NCBI GenBank assembly: GCA_007122335.1
Contig: SKTZ01000029.1
Coordinates: forward strand, 5,593-69,592
DNA from: Bacillota bacterium
GTDB taxonomy: Bacteria > Bacillota > Halanaerobiia > B1SED10-174
Length of the DNA stretch: 64,000 nucleotides
Reading direction: 5' to 3'
In this document: positions 61,093-64,000 of the stretch, piece by piece
How positions within the stretch are numbered: position 1 is the first letter of the stretch
Layout of the letters: each line of letters starts with the position of its first letter
Notes under the pieces: model-generated
Told to the model about the DNA's origin: nothing
Databases searched by the model: none
The model's input: only the letters and a program-made list of their open reading frames with translations
Position numbers and translations under genes: made by a program

Positions 61093-61953
61093 TTGAAAAT
61101 TGGATTGATTGTAAATGAAGAGAAAAAAAAGGCCCTGCAGGTTGCGGAGGCTTTAATCGAAAAAATGAAGGGCAGGGATTTGCCGATTTATATTTCCCAG
61201 GAAGATGCCCCGGGAATGCAGGATAAGGGAACACCAATGTCCCGAAGACAGCTGCGCAAAGAGGCAGAACTTTTGCTCATTCTGGGAGGAGATGGGACAT
61301 TTCTGCATACCGCAAGGTTTTTTGCAGGCTCCAATATTCCCATCCTTGGTTTTAATCTGGGGCGGTTGGGTTTTTTAACAGAAATGGAAGCTGAAGATTT
61401 AGATTTAGTCCTGGATAATATCCTGGAAAAAAAATACCGGGTTGAAGAAAGAGCAATGGTCGAAGGATGGGTTTGCCGCAGGGGTCTTGAAATTGCTCGT
61501 GTTTTGGGTTTAAATGATATCGTCATCAGTAAGGGGGCCTTTGCCCGGATAATTGAACTGGACCTTTACCTGCAAAAGATTTACATCAGTACCTTTCCTG
61601 GAGATGGGTTAATTGTTTCAACCACAACTGGCTCAACTGCTTATTCCCTGAGTGCAGGAGGACCAATTGTTCACCCCATGGTTGAAGCCTTTATTGTTAC
61701 TCCGATTTGCCCCCATTCACTACATGCTCGACCTCTGGTAGTTCGCAAAGAAGAGCAAATTGAGATTAAAGTAAAGAGAGCGGATCGTCGGGTTATGTTA
61801 ACAGTCGACGGGCAGGAGGGACTTCGTCTGGTAAAAGATGATGTTGTCAAAATAGCAGCAGCGGAAGAGAAAACTCTCCTGGTTCGTTTTTCGGAAAAAG
61901 ATTTTTATCAGATATTACAAAAACGCTTAAATTATAAAGGGGATAGGGGGTAA
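61093..61953 (+). CDS. nadK: NAD kinase
   Basis: ILGGDGTFLH, GFNLGRLGFL and STTTGSTAYSLSAGGPIVHP. TTG 61093 lies 6 nt after GAGGTG (the track start GTG 61084 is also possible). Confidence 0.9.
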   Translation: MKIGLIVNEEKKKALQVAEALIEKMKGRDLPIYISQEDAPGMQDKGTPMSRRQLRKEAELLLILGGDGTFLHTARFFAGSNIPILGFNLGRLGFLTEMEAEDLDLVLDNILEKKYRVEERAMVEGWVCRRGLEIARVLGLNDIVISKGAFARIIELDLYLQKIYISTFPGDGLIVSTTTGSTAYSLSAGGPIVHPMVEAFIVTPICPHSLHARPLVVRKEEQIEIKVKRADRRVMLTVDGQEGLRLVKDDVVKIAAAEEKTLLVRFSEKDFYQILQKRLNYKGDRG

Positions 61954-61956
61954 AGC

Positions 61957-62415
61957 ATGAAAGGAAAAAGGCATCTTAAAATAATTAATATTGTTAAAAA
62001 TGAGCGGATCAAAACCCAGGAAGAACTGGCCAGGGTTCTGCAGGAGGAAGGGATTGAAGTTACTCAGGCAACTGTGTCCAGGGACATCAAAGATCTTGGT
62101 TTGATTAAGGTTCCAGTGGAAGATGGAAGCTATAAATATGCCATGCCGCCTGAGGCAGATAAGTACAAAATGGCCCGCTGGATAGAGAAAATGTTCAAGA
62201 ATTTTGTCTTGAGCGTAGATTTGACAGGGAACCTGATTGTTGTAAAAACCCTATCCGGTACTGCCGGAGGGCTTGCTTCTGCAATTGATAACCTGGAATG
62301 GAAAGAAGTCATGGGTTGTGTGGCGGGAGATGATTGCATTTTTGTGGCTCTTGAAGAGAACTGTAATAAAGGTGAAGTTTTGCATCGCCTGCGAGAACTG
62401 GTGGGAATTGAATAG
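61957..62415 (+). CDS. argR: Arginine repressor
   Basis: R...I..I......I.TQEELARVLQEEGIEVTQATVSRDIKDLGL.KV and GT.AGDD..FV. Confidence 0.9.
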   Translation: MKGKRHLKIINIVKNERIKTQEELARVLQEEGIEVTQATVSRDIKDLGLIKVPVEDGSYKYAMPPEADKYKMARWIEKMFKNFVLSVDLTGNLIVVKTLSGTAGGLASAIDNLEWKEVMGCVAGDDCIFVALEENCNKGEVLHRLRELVGIE

Positions 62416-62429
62416 GGGGTTTATATAAA

Positions 62430-64000
62430 GTGCTGGTTGAACTGGGGATAAATAATTTTGCCCTGATTGAAAGGCAGGATATTGAATTTTCCCCCGGTCT
62501 CAATATTCTGACCGGTGAGACCGGTGCGGGAAAATCAATTTTAATCGGTGCTTTGGAACTTTTACTGGGAGCAAGGGCTTCCCTTGATTTCATACGAACC
62601 GGCGCGGAAAAAGCAGAAATCCGGGCCCTTTTCGCAGTTAAAGATCTTCCTGGTTTAAAAGAAAAGCTCAGAGAATTGGGTATTGAGGATGAAGAAGGCA
62701 GCCTGCTTTTAAGCCGGGAGATTTCCCGGTCGGGCAATAACCGGGTCAGGATAAATGGACAGATTGCGACCCTGGGGATAATAAAAGAGATTTCTCCCTT
62801 TTTAATTGATATCCATGGTCAGCACGAGCATCAAGCCCTGTTTTCGGAGGATAATCAGCGGGAATTTTTGGATCATTTTGGAGGAAGAGATTTAAAGAAT
62901 CTAAAAACCCAGGTAAAAGAAGCCTATAAAAACCTGCAAAAGGGAAGGGAAGAATTAAACCGCTTGCGGGATTCGGAAAAAGAAAGAAAGCAGCGCCTGG
63001 AGTTACTTGAGTTCCAAATAAAAGAACTGGAAGAGGCAGACCTAAAACCGGGAGAAGAGGAACAGCTGAATCAGGAACACAGAATTTTGACAAATGTGGA
63101 ATTATTATATAACAAATGCCAGGAGATTTTCTCCAATTTAAGCGGAGAAGAAATGGAAACCGGGATAAACGACCAACTGGGGTACCTTAATAAAGAACTG
63201 AAAGAATTAAGGGAAATAGATTCCCAACTGGAAAATGCGGAAGAACTCCTGAGCAGCTCATATTATCAGTTACAGGAACTGGCCCGGGAAATCAGGAGCT
63301 ATGCAGATGGAATTGTTTTTGATGAAGCCAGTTTGCGGGAAGTGGAAAATAGAATTGGGGAAATTAATGATTTAAAAAGAAAATACGGACCTTCCTTTGG
63401 AGAAGTTATAGAGTTTTTGGATAAAGCCAAGGAAGAACATCACAATCTCCAGGGAAGCCAAGAAAGAACGGAAGAACTGGAAAAAAAGATTGAAGCCGGG
63501 GAAGCCAGGTACCTGGATCTTGCCGGGCAGCTCTCCCAAAAAAGGAAAGAGGCTGCAAAAGAAATGGCTGATCTTCTGGTTAAAGAATTGAAGGGGCTGG
63601 CGATGCCTGAAACCCGCTTCCGGGTTGATTTCAAAAGGATCCCGGATAATATTGATGGAATTAAATCCGAGGGGGAAAAAATTGCTTTTTTCCAGCATGG
63701 AATTGATCAAATTGAATTTATGCTCTCTCCAAATCCGGGAGAAGATTTAAAACCCCTTACAAGGATTGCTTCAGGAGGTGAAATATCTCGCCTGATGCTT
63801 GCTCTGAAGGCTCTAACAGCCGATCAGGAACAGGTTCCCACGATGATTTTTGATGAGATTGATAGTGGCATCGGGGGCAAAACCGCGCAAAAGGTTGCCG
63901 AAAAACTGGACCAGATAAGTTCCAGGCGCCAGGTGATAACAATTACTCACCTGCCCCATATTGCAAGTATGGCCGATAAACATCTTTTCATCGACAAGGA
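62430..64000 (+). CDS. recN: DNA repair protein RecN (5' portion; continues beyond the window end)
   Basis: Translation from GTG 62430 reads VLVELGINNFALIERQDIEFSPGLNILTGETGAGKSILIGALELLLGARAS... A long coiled coil follows, then ...LTRIASGGEISRLMLALK...MIFDEIDSGIGG...ITHLPHIA. The frame is open to position 64000. It is absent from the ORF track because it runs off the edge. Confidence 0.9.
   Translation, partial: MLVELGINNFALIERQDIEFSPGLNILTGETGAGKSILIGALELLLGARASLDFIRTGAEKAEIRALFAVKDLPGLKEKLRELGIEDEEGSLLLSREISRSGNNRVRINGQIATLGIIKEISPFLIDIHGQHEHQALFSEDNQREFLDHFGGRDLKNLKTQVKEAYKNLQKGREELNRLRDSEKERKQRLELLEFQIKELEEADLKPGEEEQLNQEHRILTNVELLYNKCQEIFSNLSGEEMETGINDQLGYLNKELKELREIDSQLENAEELLSSSYYQLQELAREIRSYADGIVFDEASLREVENRIGEINDLKRKYGPSFGEVIEFLDKAKEEHHNLQGSQERTEELEKKIEAGEARYLDLAGQLSQKRKEAAKEMADLLVKELKGLAMPETRFRVDFKRIPDNIDGIKSEGEKIAFFQHGIDQIEFMLSPNPGEDLKPLTRIASGGEISRLMLALKALTADQEQVPTMIFDEIDSGIGGKTAQKVAEKLDQISSRRQVITITHLPHIASMADKHLFIDK

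Noticed and set aside
1-64000. CRISPR arrays, IS elements or transposases, integrases, prophage genes and rRNA.
   Set aside because: I noticed no spaced direct-repeat arrays, no terminal inverted repeats flanking transposase-like ORFs and no recombinase or phage structural motifs in any frame. The only short tandem or inverted repeats are the CtsR boxes and terminator stems.

Overview
This 64-kb chromosomal window is almost fully coding: about 75 protein genes, one tRNA and one large ncRNA. I saw no rRNA, CRISPR array, IS element or prophage signature. The content suggests an anaerobic, probably halophilic or alkaliphilic Firmicute, possibly diderm. That inference rests on an OLE RNA locus, an Mrp antiporter, an Opu-type compatible-solute ABC transporter, very acidic exported proteins, a selenocysteine formate dehydrogenase, NuoEF-type flavin modules and an exported protein with a beta-barrel-like C-terminus ending in Phe.

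Layout:
- 1-1.5 kb: PHP phosphatase (partial), then an operon with a peroxiredoxin whose peroxidatic Cys codon is an in-frame UGA (Sec), followed by a YedF-like selenium-metabolism domain protein.
- 1.5-7.5 kb: tightly coupled operon of a RecQ-like helicase, a tail-anchored coiled-coil protein, an HD protein, a macro-domain protein and an exported beta-rich protein.
- 7.6-12.1 kb: OYE reductase, XRE-cupin regulator, dipeptide epimerase and serine hydrolase.
- 12.1-16.3 kb: unusual operon of two nicotianamine-synthase-like paralogs (one fused to FeoA), a flippase-like membrane protein and FeoB.
- 16.3-19.4 kb (minus strand): split activase / dehydratase-like trio.
- 21.8-22.3 kb: hsp20 behind a double CtsR operator.
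- 22.4-35.6 kb: S2P protease, permease plus thioredoxin-like pair, patatin, HD protein, DRG-like GTPase, TldD/PmbA, Opu ABC transporter and an internally duplicated membrane protein.
- 35.8-40.8 kb: NuoE/NuoF/FdhA(Sec) formate dehydrogenase.
- 41.0-49.0 kb: ten-gene Mrp-type antiporter cluster.
- 49.5 kb: tRNA-Leu(CAG).
- 49.8-54.0 kb: NuoE/NuoF/GltD-like (Stn-type) module.
- 54.0-64.0 kb: conserved folD-xseA-xseB-ispA-OLE RNA-oapA-dxs-tlyA-nadK-argR-recN block.

The best candidates for something undescribed are the NAS-like/FeoA-fusion/FeoB operon and the RecQ-HD-macro operon. The OLE RNA is a known but enigmatic class. All calls come from reading the sequence and ORF translations by eye; no searches were run.
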